Source: Takakia lepidozioides (lineage: Eukaryota; Plantae; Bryophyta). Taken from it: a DNA stretch of 64,000 bases. The DNA lies in NCBI GenBank assembly GCA_030704615.1, contig CM060732.1, positions 21,328,001-21,392,000 on the forward strand, read 5' to 3'. A program made the position numbers and the translations under genes. Position 1 is the first letter of the stretch. Each line of letters starts with the position of its first letter. Of this stretch, positions 49,421-63,090 are shown piece by piece. Under the pieces are notes generated by a model. That model saw only the letters and a program-made list of their open reading frames with translations, was not told where the DNA came from and ran no database searches.

Positions 49421-51577
49421 GAAAATAAAACAGAGAAGAGAAGGAGGATTGGATAAAGGGGTAAGCGAACTCCCTGTAGAAAGAAAGAGAGAAAGATAGT
49501 TTGAGGGAGAGAGAGCAAACCGCACCTGATACTACACATGCTGGCTGGACGTGTTAATACACTCCATGTGCACGATCGAGGTGAGATGCAAGTTCCCTCC
49601 AGAGTAGATCAGCTCCTACATGAACATGCTCCCTTCAACCATGAGCCACTGTGTCAATGCTAGAGCCGCCATAGCCGGGCTATTCAAATGTGATAGCATT
49701 TGTGGCAGCTACAGTGAAGTGAGCCCAAAGTCAACGAGGCAGTGCAAACAGGGTCAAGCCAGGGAGGGCGTGACTGTAAGCTTGAGAACATTTTTTTCCA
49801 CCTGAGTCTTTGACTAGATGAGAGACTAGAGTATACCCGATTCAGGTGTTACGCATCAAAAAATCAAAAGCAGCAGCTATCCACAGAAAGGTGTGCGTTG
49901 CTTATCTGAATGCCCTTCGATGCTATGACAAGGGGGGTGTCGGACTGATTTCTCTCCTGCTTTCAACAATTATGCCACCTTTGGAAATGGAAGATGTGAG
50001 ATGCTCTAGAAAGCTACGACTGCTTCACTTTTGCACAAGCATGCGTGTGTTTTGGATGCTTGTTGGGCTGCGTTGATGCTTGCTAGCAAAGTGTAGTATG
50101 ACTTGCTTGTAGGTCTCCCGGAAGAAAGAGACCTCGCCATGTTGCACTAGCATGGGTATGGACGCCTAGACTGTTCTCCACAGAGGCAAATTGGTCACTT
50201 GGCAGGGGACTTTCAATGTGAACATCCAAGCAAGGGTCCGAACTGAGAGAGATGAGGATGAGGAAACCCCGAAAAGTTAGTAGATTGGGAATCTGAAGAC
50301 AAGCCTATACAACACTATTGCTATCAACAAATTTTCAGACAACGAGTTTCTATTGCGTTACAAAGGGCACAAGCCATTTCTATTTTGCGTTAGGCCGGAA
50401 GTGGCAGGGGCGGCTTCATCTCGCCTCCCAGCTCTTTCCGATCTACTTACTTCAGGCAGTAGGTGATGCTAGATCGGTTGACTGGCTTTGTTGTCTTCCT
50501 ATTTCCCTTTCTCTATGGTGTTTCATTTCTCCACACGGAGGTTCTTGTTGACTCTTGCTCAGTCACCTCATTTCGGTCTTTTATAAAGCTTTACAGAATT
50601 TTGTAAGGAAGATAAGTTGCACAACAGTTGAAAAATCTGATTTCCACTCCCTAAACCTAAAGTTGAATGCCTGCAAACTATTGCCTGCACCCTAAGTATA
50701 GACAATAAGCTTTTAGTTATTAGCTTCCGCCATCTCTCTTCCTGACACTACTAGTACCATTCTCTGGAGTCCTTCATTTTCACAGATCCAAGCAGCTTCC
50801 TCATCTCTATGAAATTGTCCTCACCTCTCCACACGGTCCTGCATTTAGGATTTGTTTTCAGTGGGTGGGGGGTTGTGTCCCTGTGCCACAGTATTGTCAG
50901 ACAGCAAGTGTCACCCAGTTTCAGCTTAAACAAATGGACTTAGTTTCACAACTGGGAGACACAATGTATGATAAACCACTGACACTTCTTTCAAACACAG
51001 GTGACAGTGCATTACTTCAATACATCATCAGTGAAGGCCAAATGTACTTGGAAGAGCTCACAACCGTTCATATCGCCGGATGTGGATGTCGCTCAGAAAT
51101 CTAACCCTCACTGCGTACATATCAGCCACAACCCACCAATTTAATGCGCTGATCCAGTGTAAACTAACCCTTGCCTTAGGTTCCCCATTTCTGATGCCTC
51201 TCTCTCTCTCTCTCATATAGACTCTTTATTTCTTTTTTCTTTCTTCTCTCTCGCCACCGGCAAAGGTTATGTCTGGAAGCAGCTAGAGTAAAGTTTTTGG
51301 TCAAAATGGGAGAGCCACCACAGCTCCTTACTATCTGGCACCTGTTGGGTCCATAGCTGCACCAATGTCATGGCCAACCACAAAGTGTACCTCTCTCAAC
51401 AGCTGCAACCAGCTGCCTCCCATTCTTTTTCTGTAGACCCATTCCTTCCTCTCCAGCTTTCTGTGATCCCTCTCAAAAACTCCAATATGGATGCATGGCT
51501 TTCACAGAAATAATTGGGCCCAAAGAAAAAACGCAGATGGTGGCCTAGAGGAGGTTGGAGGAGTCTGCCAGTGTGAA

Positions 51578-54063
51578 CTAACTTTTGTGTCGTACATTCG
51601 ACCTCTCCTTTTTGAAAGCTTTATAGAGCCCTTGACCAAGAAGCACATTGAGCAAATTGAGACCCAACATGCCCATGAACGCCATTGGCCACTCAATTCC
51701 CTTAGGAAATTTTGAAGCATCAAATATGAGCTTCAGCGTAATGAGAATGTGCAGACACACCCTGGTTGTGACAAATGCTGTCCAGTTCAATACCCAGATC
51801 ACTGTCACCCCTGTGCTCTTCCCCGTCCTCACGCCTGATAGTTTTCGAACTTTGCGCAGATGCAAAAAAACTGAATGCACCTGCCAGTTAGAGAGAACAT
51901 TTATTAATTCTACAGTTGTAACTAGAAACCAGGTTTGACCAAGACTCAAGGAATTCTACAGAATGCACTTTCCCCAGCATCCATTGTCCCCACTGCATTC
52001 ACTGCCAAAGACTTGTATTCATAAGCATCATTTCTTCTGTCATCCTACTAGTTGGCGATTGAGCACGTATATCATTTGGAACACTGATGGCACTGAACAA
52101 TTATGCTTCCCAAAATTGCTGCCAGTTGCAACAGAAAGCTAAACTCTGTATGAAGGGTGTTCCACAGGGCACTTTCTCTATGGGTTGGCCAGTAACTTGG
52201 ACTTTACTCCTACACCTCATGCCAGGAAACACCAAGTGCTGGGGAAGTCAGGCTAAAACAAGGATTGTTAGCTGTATTTGGATTCACATAAGGGAATTGG
52301 CATTCCACTGAATTTTCTAAACTGCCCTCACAGGATCCCTTGTTTGATTCACAAATGTTCTCCACAATCCATGGCCATATACAATGGAGATGGGCCGAGG
52401 ATAATGTTGCAAGGACCTACTCAGAACAAGATGGACGTTACACATCCTACTTTTGGATGCAATAAACAGAAGCACTATGGCAACATGTGGCAGAGCCACC
52501 CTTACAAATAAGCTAAATTCAAGCTAGCTGAAATACTGGATGTCAAATGCATGGTTAAAGAAAGCTGGGACTTAGTGTGCAAATTTCCCAGATTTGTAGA
52601 GGAAAGGAGAGAGAATCTGCATAAGCCACGAAACTACCTCACAAACAAGGGTGAGGATCAAGTAGTTGACGGTGACATTCCGAAACAGAGCAGGCGTGAA
52701 GCAGGCGAGAAGAACTGCATGATGGACAAGGAGAGAAGGTGCTCTTGGCGTATAAAGATGCTTCCGCAACATATCCCATTGGTCATAAGCAAAGTAGCCA
52801 CAGGATGCCGCCAACACCGTGTACGCCCCCTCCCAAGGTTTGCTGAAGAGAACATCATGAGACAGCATCGGTTCCAATTGGGTCACTTGGGCCTCCCTCA
52901 TGATCAATCCCACAACTGCATTTCCCAAATTTCTTCTGTTAGTCGTGTCTTTGAAGTCTGTAAATTTTCTCTCTAGCCAAAGGACGGCACTCTGCCATTT
53001 CTTACTAGAGTGTGGTTGATACAGTTCAACCATCAATAATAGAGACCAATTTCCATTATTGTTGGCATTGTGCTAGAATCTAACCCTGAATTCAACATTC
53101 AATAAACGCTGTCTGTAGATTGCCTAGAGCTACGTACAAGCACCATGCCACCATGAATCTGCTGAGGGTTTACCAGGCCGAATTTGGTAAAACACTACAT
53201 CATGTTTTGTGTCATTAAGCAGGCCTACAATTGTATTGTATTTAGTTGCACTGGCGTGTGAAAGATTTGTGCAGTGATTCCCTTGATGTATTGAAAAGGA
53301 TAGACAGGCAGATGAGGTAGCTAGAAGGAGGAAGGACCAGAGCATTTGTTTTCATTGTTTGCTTCACAAGGAGGTTCAAGTCAATGTGTGACAGGTAGGG
53401 TCTGGAACATGGCAAGGGTGGGGGAGCTGGTGAGAATGAGATGGGACAGTGCCTGCATATGAGGGAAGAGTTGTGGGAGAAAGAGAGGTTAGTTAGAGAC
53501 GTCACTGGCAGAAGGTTGGCGTTTACTGTAGTCCTTTGTATCAGCCCAGTGTGGATTTCAGCCTCTTGGACAAGTGTCTGATAGATTGACAATTGGGTGC
53601 CTACTATTGATGGTTGCACTGTATTAACCACACTATAGTTAAGAAATGGCATAGTGTAGTCTTTGGCTAGGAGAGATTGACACATGGAAAAAGAGGAAAG
53701 AGAGAGAGATATAACACATACCTTACCTGACAGAGAGACAAGGGTTGAATGCAGCAGAGATATGGATGTGTTCAAAAAGTCTGAGCGAGACTCGGAGGCG
53801 AGCCCTTGAAAAAGCCCCTCATTGCTCCTTATGAAGAAGGCAAGTGCCTTATTAGAACCCTCAAACAATAAAAAGCTTGCAAAGATTGGCCATAGCTCCC
53901 TGGTTCCCTCTGTTATCTTCATGGTCACCACCAAAAACCACAAGGCAAGAAGGAGCGCAAAGAAAATTCCTGGGGCATCCTTTCTCCACGCACTTGCGAT
54001 AGACTTCTCAACTGACATCTTGACCTCCTTCCTACTCTCGACTACGGAGTCCGATGGTGCCAT
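51578..54063 (-). CDS. TLC (TRAM/LAG1/CLN8) domain membrane protein
   Basis: Exons 54063-53727, 52915-52638, 51880-51578, in phase. Motifs SISLLHS, SCGYFAYDQWDML, LVHHAVL, TLVCEVHSVFLHLR, FVTTR. Confidence 0.92.
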
Positions 54064-56573
54064 GTATGTGTAAGAGAGAGAATATGACCTTGATAAGAAG
54101 AAGAAAGTACCAGAGAACGAGCGACAACGGGTGATACAGAAGCGGAAGAGAGCGAGAACTTTGCAATGACACACAAAGGGTGCGTGTACTAAAGACACAG
54201 AATGCTTGAAACAGGGACACAAGACACCTAGGCAAATGCGATTCAGGGAAGCGGGAAACGATTGTGTGGGTTATAAACAGATGCAGGGTATGTAAAGTTT
54301 CGGAAAGGAGAGATGACAAACAACAGAAAGTGAACAAGACGGGGCAGCGATAGATCTATGGTAAACGCAATACTACCTGCGCAAGGGAGAAAAAGAGACA
54401 AAGAAACAAGAGAAGAGGGTACAAGAGACTTGTAAAGTCCACGATGAGTGAGGAAATTTAAAATCAGAGCTCCGACGGGTGTGAGACAATCAGGTTGGAA
54501 GCCCAATGAAAGAGAAAAGAAGATCCAGAGGGACCAGTGCAGAGTGCAAAATGCAAGTAGGGAGAGAAAGAGCGAGAAATACTCACAAACCTTTTTAACA
54601 ATTCACGTTAGAGGGCCAGAGAGGGAGACAAAAGAGCGGAGTATCATACAGCGCAGAAACGGAGAAAAAGACGGGAAACCCAGAGGGCCAGATGGACCAC
54701 AATATCAACCCTCTACGTCAAACTCTTGCGAAAGGGAATGAAGGTTAGATGAGAAAGAGAGCCCCACAACAGCGATCTGTCGTGACCCAAGTACGCTACG
54801 ATGCTCCAGAGAGATAGGTGGAAGGTGCAGGCAGCACCAGCATGGCATGCCCCCCTTCTCTCCCTCTCTCAATCAGTATCACCACTATTGATTCCCTTGT
54901 CGGCTGAATCTCCCCTAAGTAAAACACGATTGATAGTCGCACTGTACGTAGTGCTGAGGAATCTGTAGGCCCAAATTAGGGTCCGATTGAATCTTCAGAT
55001 TGTTATATATAATCCAACCCTTCAGATACACAAGGGCATTCCACGATTTAACCCTTGAAGTGGGCAGGCCCATTTTCACGACATGCTCTGACAAAAGGAC
55101 CCCGGCCCACTAAATCTTTTTTATCTCCTAGATTTCTGAGTCCCTGTAAAAGTGACCGTTGAATTTACTGCCCACCACCTAAGTCACCCAAACTACCACC
55201 TCGAAAAGTTTCAGCCCTATCCACCTGCCAAATTAGAAGATTATAATTTGCAGATGTGGCCCAAAACGAATCCTTCTTAAAAATGAAGAGCATAAAAAGC
55301 AAGAAATTTACCAAATTTGGGAAATGTTTTCGTTGCATGATATGAGAGTTGTGTACCTCACTTGATGCCACCTTCCCTGAAATTTTCGCTTTTTTTTTAC
55401 TTGTTGTCGTGTGGGCTGCTTAGTCCAATTTGAAGCGGGCATACCAACATTTGAGCTTCGAAAATTACGGTGACACATCTATCGTTCAATTCTCAATCGC
55501 TCTGGTCCATGTCATCCTTGTATGCAGAGGTTGTTGCAGAAAAGAACTTCAATCCAATTGGGAAATGTTTTGGGCAATTTTCGGGCCCTGCCGGTAATTC
55601 CTAGCCCAACCTATATTTTTACATGTAGCCCTACCATATTTCCTACTCTAGCCCTTGTACCGAGCGGGTTTTGAGACGGTTTCGCCACTCATTCAGGGGA
55701 TGAAGTTCGATTGCGGACCCCAACCCCTCGCTTAGGTTTGGTGCCACCCCCACACCTTTATAACTATATTTGAACTTTTCTCACCTCTCTTGAGTTGTCC
55801 TGTCTAAGTTGAATGGGATTTTAAATTTGATTTGTCCCCTGTTCTGTAGGAAATAAAAAGTTAGAAAGTAAAACATTGCAGCCTCTGAAATGGCCAATTC
55901 CAGAATTCTTCCATGTGCAGCTTTGGACTTGGGAGCCTACCCACCGCCCAACCCTCGGGTGGCTGCCATGCAGGTTGCTGCATTCAGAGGGTATTGGGAT
56001 GCGTGTAAGGTGGAAACCCTTCCCCTAATCTGACCGTGGTTGCCATGTAAGCAACTCCGGCAAGATGACGGAGCAAAAATATGCCAAAAAAGCCGAGTTA
56101 ACCCCAGGGGATCTTACTCCGTGTATATACTTATTTCTTTTTCGAAACATACGTGTGTAAGAGTTTCTTTTCCTACCTAATGAGCTTAAATCAGAGTTAA
56201 CCCCAATAAGGTTAAAGAATCGTGGATTGACGGCGGGCAGGGGCCTTACCGAACGTGAAGAACGGCTCACAATTTTGGTACAATCTGCAGAATGTTCCTC
56301 CAATTTGAGCGGGAGGCATATCGGAACCTTGAATCATATAGGAAAATTCTGGGCAGTTCTTGACGGCCTATGCACGCCTTTGAATGTTTTCGTTCGTTTT
56401 GTAAAGATCGTTGGTTGTTGTAGCTTTTCAGATCTTGTGCCTGGGTGCTGGGAAAGAGGCGAGGCTACTCAGGGTTGAGGGGTTTTATGTGAGGCAACCA
56501 TTGAGTTGGGTTCTGTGGAACCGAGACTCTGATTGAGCAGGTGACATTGGAGACAAAATCTGCAGGCTTCACG

Positions 56574-57581
56574 ATGCTGCTGGCCAGGGTTTTGCGCCGG
56601 CCACTAGTGGGTGCTTCGCAGAGAGCACGCACAGGCCTCGCGGACTTCTTCGAGGCAGGGCGTGATCCTGAATCTGATCAGCAGATGACTTACGGTACAC
56701 TCTTGGAACCAAATCATGTTTTTCTCCACTCTCTCTTCCTCTGCAGTGATACTGCTTGCAAGCACGGGCCAGGTTAGAAGTCCTGGAATTAACGTCAAAA
56801 TGTGAATGAGCTCCTATATCGCCATTCAAATCAACCCTGTATATGTCAGCTGCGCACGAAGCCATGCCAGTCTTCGGCACAATTTCATTTCGAAACCCTA
56901 TGACTGGCTTTGGGTGGGTTCACTATCGCAGAGGGTTCCATCCTCAAGGAGTCTTCTTGCTGTTAGTAGGGGTTTGAAGTGAGCGGGATTGTGGGTCAGG
57001 CCGCAGCTGGAAGGCTTCGGATTTGCGGAACAAGTCGTGGGAGGACCTGCATCAGCTGTGGTATGTGCTGCTCAAGGAGAAGAACATGTTGCTGTCACAG
57101 CGCCAGATGCTCACCTCTCAGAACCTCAGAATGCCCAACCCTGAGCGCTTTCCAAAGGTCTGTTCTCAGTCTTCGTCTATCTTATATGCCCCTCTCTCTA
57201 GCTCACATCCTTGTATGAGTGGTGGTAGTAATCTCTTTCTGTCTAAGACAATGTAATGGCAGGCCAAAATCATCTGCTGCTGTGCATAAGTGCATTGGCA
57301 ATTCAGGCACCCATTTTTATACTCTGGAAGGTGAGAATCCTGCAGTGGGTTAGTATCTCATACTTGTCGTAGCCCATAGCCCATACTCAGAAGGAGAGAT
57401 TGTGTCTGCTGAAGGATGGACATAAATATTAGGGCACAGAAGTTAAGTTTGGGCAGGTGGTGTTCAACTGCAGGTTCGGAAGTCAATGTGTCGCATCAAG
57501 CAAGTGCTCACAGAGAGAGCCCTGGCAGAACCAGATGCAAGCAAGCGCAAAGCGTGGAGAAGAATGATCAATGCCATGTGA
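56574..57581 (+). CDS. MRPL47: Mitochondrial ribosomal protein L47 (uL29m)
   Basis: Exons 56574-56694, 57000-57157, 57474-57581. Arg-rich presequence, [54 protein letters not shown]. Confidence 0.95.
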
Positions 57582-60500
57582 GCTGCTGAAATGCCTTCCT
57601 GCCTTTCTCCTTCCTTCTGTATGCGAAAGAGGCTTGTTCCCACTCATGTGATCCACATTTCTGGCACAGTGGTGAGATTGTGGCATGGGTCCATTCGAGT
57701 ATGACCCATAATTGTTCAGAGATGGACATTGTGTTACTGCAAGTAGAATCCTACCAATAGTGCTGAGTTAATCCAGTACGCATTAGTCTGGCCAAAGCAG
57801 AAACTTCACCAACAGTTTATACAAATCAAGCAATCCTAAAATTTTGGATCTCCGTCTCCAGTAAGAGTTCAGTTTGACGTGCATAGCCCAATTGCACTTT
57901 ACATAAAATTCACCTCTGAAGCTTCAGACATGCCGTGGTTCACTAGACTTTCTGAACAGATGTCTCAGGACGCGGCAGAATATCCAGCTGTGAGGCACGA
58001 GGGTTGATGGATGTTGAGGGAATGTAAACTTAAATCCGCTGGAGGCCCAGTTCCTGTGACCCGAAGGGGGTGAAGATGACCACACCAGCCGCTTAAAGAT
58101 CAATATCTATAACTCATTTCAGACCAGTCAAATGTCGACAGTCTCATCTCAGGAGAAACTAATGCATCTTACAAGAGGAATGCTATGCAATATGAGTGTC
58201 TTGCCAGCTAAATCCATGGGAAACAAAGAGGATCCATTGGAAGGGATGGGGAGGTGAAAGCTGAATTGGTAGAAAAGATATAGCCATTGGAGTTCCAAGT
58301 TTGGAAGTACAGAAACAGGTCGACGATAGAAACACTTAGAAGTCTGAAACATCAAGGTGAGCCATCTCTCAGTGTATACCCCCCAATACTCCCAGTTCCC
58401 CCATCATACTTCGGCCATCTGCTTCCTCCTCCTGCATCATATACAGCTGCTGTAATCTTGTCTCCTCGGCTGCTATATGCTCCTCATTTGTAAATTTGTG
58501 TGCATCTTTTTTGAGTCCATTAAACCCCCTTGCCTCACTGTAGCAGCCTCGTTGTACTTTTGCAGCTCTTTTGTATCATGCGTGGGAAAGATATCACTGC
58601 ATCAAATTGCAAATATCACTGGAATTAGACCAGATGCAGATTCTGAAGTAAGTGTTGATTGCAAGGTGGGGCCTCCCTCGAAGTTTGAGGAGAGATGTCA
58701 ATCTAGCAACCATGTACAACACACATTGTGAAGACGCAAATACTACGAAGTTTCTCGTCTTGCAGTCTCTCATTCTGATGAGTAGATATCTCAGAATTGA
58801 AGCAGAATCTGAAGGTGAAATAGTCAGACTGGTCAGTTTGAATACTTCAGCGATCTCCAAGTTTGGGTGTACCTGGACAGCTAACAGACATGCCCAATAC
58901 GATTGCATGCCTGGCAAGGGTGGAGTGGAATGTACTACTGCGCCTCTGAGGAGATCAGGGTTGCAGCGCATATATGTGACAGCCCATATGCCATAAAGCA
59001 GCACTACTACTATCACAAGAACCGACTTCAAATTCCAAATTCTTTGTTGGCAATGAGTATGTATCCAAAGCATCCCTACCCACTGCCCTGCATAATCTCC
59101 TCAAGTTTCCTTCAGTGATCTCGCACTGGATGTGTTTTCCAATTCAAGTTAGCCCTTTCATGAATCGATGATTCCTCTCAGCTCCCCTCTAGCTCTTTGG
59201 TTGACCGTTCTTCCGATCTTCCGACCCACCCTTATAGTAAAACATCTGCTCCTCATAAACTCAAATTAACGAAAAGGTGGGTCTGGGAAGGAGACGATGC
59301 AATTGGCATGGTGGCCTGGCTCCGTGGATTACCGGCTTTATCGCATGACTAACTTAAAGTCTCTCTCTTTGGGGACCACCAGCAACTTATGGATGAGCTA
59401 AGTGAGCTGCGTGCAAGCTTCCCTTAATTTTTACGCCACCGTTAATCCTACGAACAAAGTCAGATTTGCATCTCTCGACGCGAGTGTGTTTGAACAAACT
59501 GTCATCCATCTCCAAGTCTCACGCTTTCTTCCCTCTCCGCGGCAAAGGGGATGGCAGCAAGGAGTTGAGCTGTCGAGGGGAAACGGGTATCTCTCTCAAC
59601 AAAATCGATCGAGCCCACACCTTCCCCAGTGATGATTATGATGTATCCACAGCTAGCCTCCAGGGACACCAAGAGAGGTACGTATACGGAAACGTTTGGA
59701 TTGTTTTGTTGGGTGAGATCGGATCCTGATGTTGATGGAGGTTACCTTTTTGGGCATATGAAGTGTGTGCATCTATGCTTCTTCACGTTGCTTTCGACCC
59801 ATGTTAGCAGAAAATAAAGCCATCCTGGTCAAAGAAGCTTGCCCTTGTCTTCGTCCCATCAGCGAGGGTAGTAGCAATAGGAAGGCTTCAAAGCGAGATG
59901 GTATCATCTTTGTGTCCTTTCACTCTGCATCTACTGTATGGGCGTCATGGATGAAGGCTATCACTGCTTTGAACCCATGAGTCAAGATCATGGCGTCACT
60001 GCCAAAATGGAGTATTTGGGCTGCTTGGTAGACCCGAGCATGCAGGGTGAGAGAGAGTTCTTTGTTAACAAAATGTCAATCGAACCAGTTACTGAAGGGA
60101 GGGGTGCCTTTTGCTGCCAACAGAATTCCTCGCAATTTAGATGTTACATAACAAGCGGAAAAATCCTTCTCAAGGACCAGAGCAGATTGCAACTTGGGTT
60201 GTTGTCAAGCATCTATTCGGCTACTGGCAGGTGAACCTGGTGGATACATTTAGCTGAACTGTATCCACAAATTGAGGAAATTCATGGTGATGAAGACCTT
60301 GTCTGGGTGGGATGATGGACGCCTGGGAATTTGGCTGACACCCCCTCTGTAATGCATGAGGAACAGGAGGAGAAATGAAATGAAATGGTACTTTATAATG
60401 TCCATGAGAAGCTCAAAGGGCTTATGGGATAAGAGGAAGAAAGAAACAAGAGAGAAGGGCCAAAAACAACTAAAGCTCAAGGGATTGTCTAAGTGACACT

Positions 60501-61637
60501 TCATGCAGGTAAGCTGCCAAGCTCGTAATGGAAGACCTTCATGAGAGATTGATTATCCTGGAATAGACAGTTGAATCTCCCACGGATGTCATAGTAGGCA
60601 GTGAAACAAGAAATGTTCTTCAATTTCAATTTACCTTCAGTTCCCAACCCTAGGAGAAAAAGGAATCTTTGTCACCAGAGTGAAAGGCTTTTGGGCTTAT
60701 CAGCATTCCCCCTGAGGCACCTATCTGTATCATCAAGAGCATGACACTAATGATCGCCACAATAACTAACTCCCATTTTTAAAATGGTGACTCTGAAAGA
60801 AACTGTGGGGCCTCAAAACGAGGGTGTTAAGGAAAGAATTCATTAGTATTATTGTGAAACAAAAGAGGAATGTTGTAAGGAATGATTCTGGTCATTGCAC
60901 GCAAAAGTCATTACTCCTCGTTTTATAAGCCTGCTGATATGGAATGTGACCATGAAAATGAAAATTAGGAGGGACCCCTTCTGGCTCCCACAGATCTGAA
61001 TCTTGAGTTGAACGCGGCCCGCGAGCCACCTCAAAGCTTGTTTCTGCAAAATGTAAACATACAGGGCGCGGCACCACCTGTTCCGAAAGGTGGCTGTACC
61101 CCCACCCTCTCTCTCTGCCAAGCATCCCATATCGATTAATCTCAGTGTGCTTCAAAACTTGTAGTGCCCCCAGGCTGTGTGGGTTAAGTGATCTGTGGAC
61201 AGTGTCTTGTGGAGATTCTATAACAGAGTGAAGACTTGTCGATGGATGATGGATGATGATAAACCACGACGAATGGTATTGTATGGATGGAAGACCTTGA
61301 TTTCAAGACTGTTTATTTTCAAGTTTCAAGTTTCTAAATCAAAAAAACAAAAAACAAAAATCAAATCTTTCCAGTGGATGGAAAGTCGAAGATATGGATG
61401 ACAAAATGCACCCCGTGAGCACGAGGGAGGGGCCGCTGCGTGGTTAGTTGCGATGTAATTAGTTGCCCACCAACGATCGTGGAGGCGCAGAGATTCACGT
61501 GAGTCCAGAGCTGAGAGATAAATTTGTTGCAACGGGTGGCGGAAGCTCTCGACATCACTGTGATCGATTTGTGCTCATCGATTCCAGGAGGTGAGGAGGG
61601 TCTGACCGAAGCACAGAACCTGATTGACGCTGCCACG

Positions 61638-62650
61638 ATGAAGATTACTGGAGCTCATGTACTGACCCTGCTCATGCTTCTGGTACTGCTCTCACTGACC
61701 TCGTTCCCCAGCATAGGACTGTGAGAGTCTTCAGTTATGTCAGATGTATCAGACTATATCGTCAGCTCATATTTATCACACAACCGTACACAACCGAGTC
61801 TCATGTCTATATTGCTGATCATAGATGTAAGGTCTGATCTGTGTAGCCCACTCACAGTTCATCAAGTGAAGAAGGGTGAGATAGTACAGGGGCATGTCTA
61901 GTATCGTTGACGTATTATCTGGAAATGAATGTTTACTGCGGCGGAACTGCATCCTCAGTTGGCAGGTGTGCCAAAGTTGAAGCTTTATAAAGGTTTTCAA
62001 GCTGGACTTGCAGTCCATCTGCTGTAGAGGGTAGACAACGGGGAAAAGTGAGGGGGTTGAGGGATTGAGAGTTTGTTTTTAAATTTACAGCTGAGAGAGG
62101 CGGGGCCGAGATTTAGCTCGATGTACGTACGGACTAACTGGATTGGGACCATCGTGAGACAAAGAGCAGGTATCTATATTTCTCGTGGTAGAAGGACCTA
62201 CACTACTAGCTAAAGCTCTATGTAATGTTAATTTGTTGAACATTGAGCCTGCAGCTGGGAACTTCCACGATCATTTGGGCAAACGCAAGTGAGGCAGATG
62301 TGTGTGATGAAGCTGTGCTGCAGCTGGTTCCATGTTCTGATTCCATTTTAGGCGAGGGTTCTGTCACTCCAAACGATGAGTGCTGTGTGGCTTTGCGAGA
62401 ACTCATGCTCACCCCAGATTGTCTGTGCTTTGCTGCCACAAATGCCCAAGGATTTGACAAGAGAGAGGTGCTTGGTCTGCCTCATGCATGTAGGTTACCG
62501 GTCAAATCGGGCCAGACCTGCGATGGTATGTTCCACACGCTGGAGTAGCTAAGCTACGCTGGTAACCAGTAGCATTGTGAATTGACGTGAATTACGTGAT
62601 CTGTCCGCACAATCATTGCTCTTTCAGGAGCGACTAAGTTCTACCTATGA
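61638..62650 (+). CDS. Non-specific lipid transfer protein (8-cysteine motif), secreted, no GPI tail
   Basis: Exons 61638-61682, 62255-62525, 62628-62650. Signal peptide followed by C-x9-C...CC...CLC...C...C. Confidence 0.85.
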
Positions 62651-62933
62651 ATGCAGGGTCGATAAATGCAGAGAGATGAGGAAGAATCAAACTCTGTCCA
62701 GTTTTTACACCTGCATCCCCGTCATTTCGTCTCTGCCATTTGTAGTAGGATTTTGAACTGACGTGCTGCATGTGAATGGATCTGTTGCAGGTCTCCCTAT
62801 CCCAAACTAGGGGACTCAGAGGACAATCATCCAGGTTAAATAACGGGTGTGCTTCGGGAGGTAGAGGCCTCACGACTACAATTCGGATGTATATTGAACT
62901 GCTGTTCTCAACTGCTATTTGAAATGAGAGAGT

Positions 62934-63090
62934 ACAATGTGCAAAGGTGCAGGCCTGGTCTAGTTTTGTAAATGCTCTTTAAAAAACTCAGTAACTTGAC
63001 GAAGTTTGAAATTGTCACTGATCATATTACAACACAATGTCGCAAAGGTGCAGGCCTGGTCTAGTTTTGTAAATGCTCTTTAAAAAACTC
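62934..63090. repeat. Direct repeat of ~56 bp
   Basis: GCAAAGGTGCAGGCCTGGTCTAGTTTTGTAAATGCTCTTTAAAAAACTC at ~62941 and ~63042. Confidence 0.9.

Noticed and set aside
48911-49525. 204-aa ORF with poly-Ser
   Set aside because: Artefact of the GAA microsatellite and pyrimidine-rich intron-like sequence.
57700-60330. Pseudogene (58594-59073, TM-like start) and a LINE 3' remnant (~59700-60300)
   Set aside because: Too degenerate to assign without a search.
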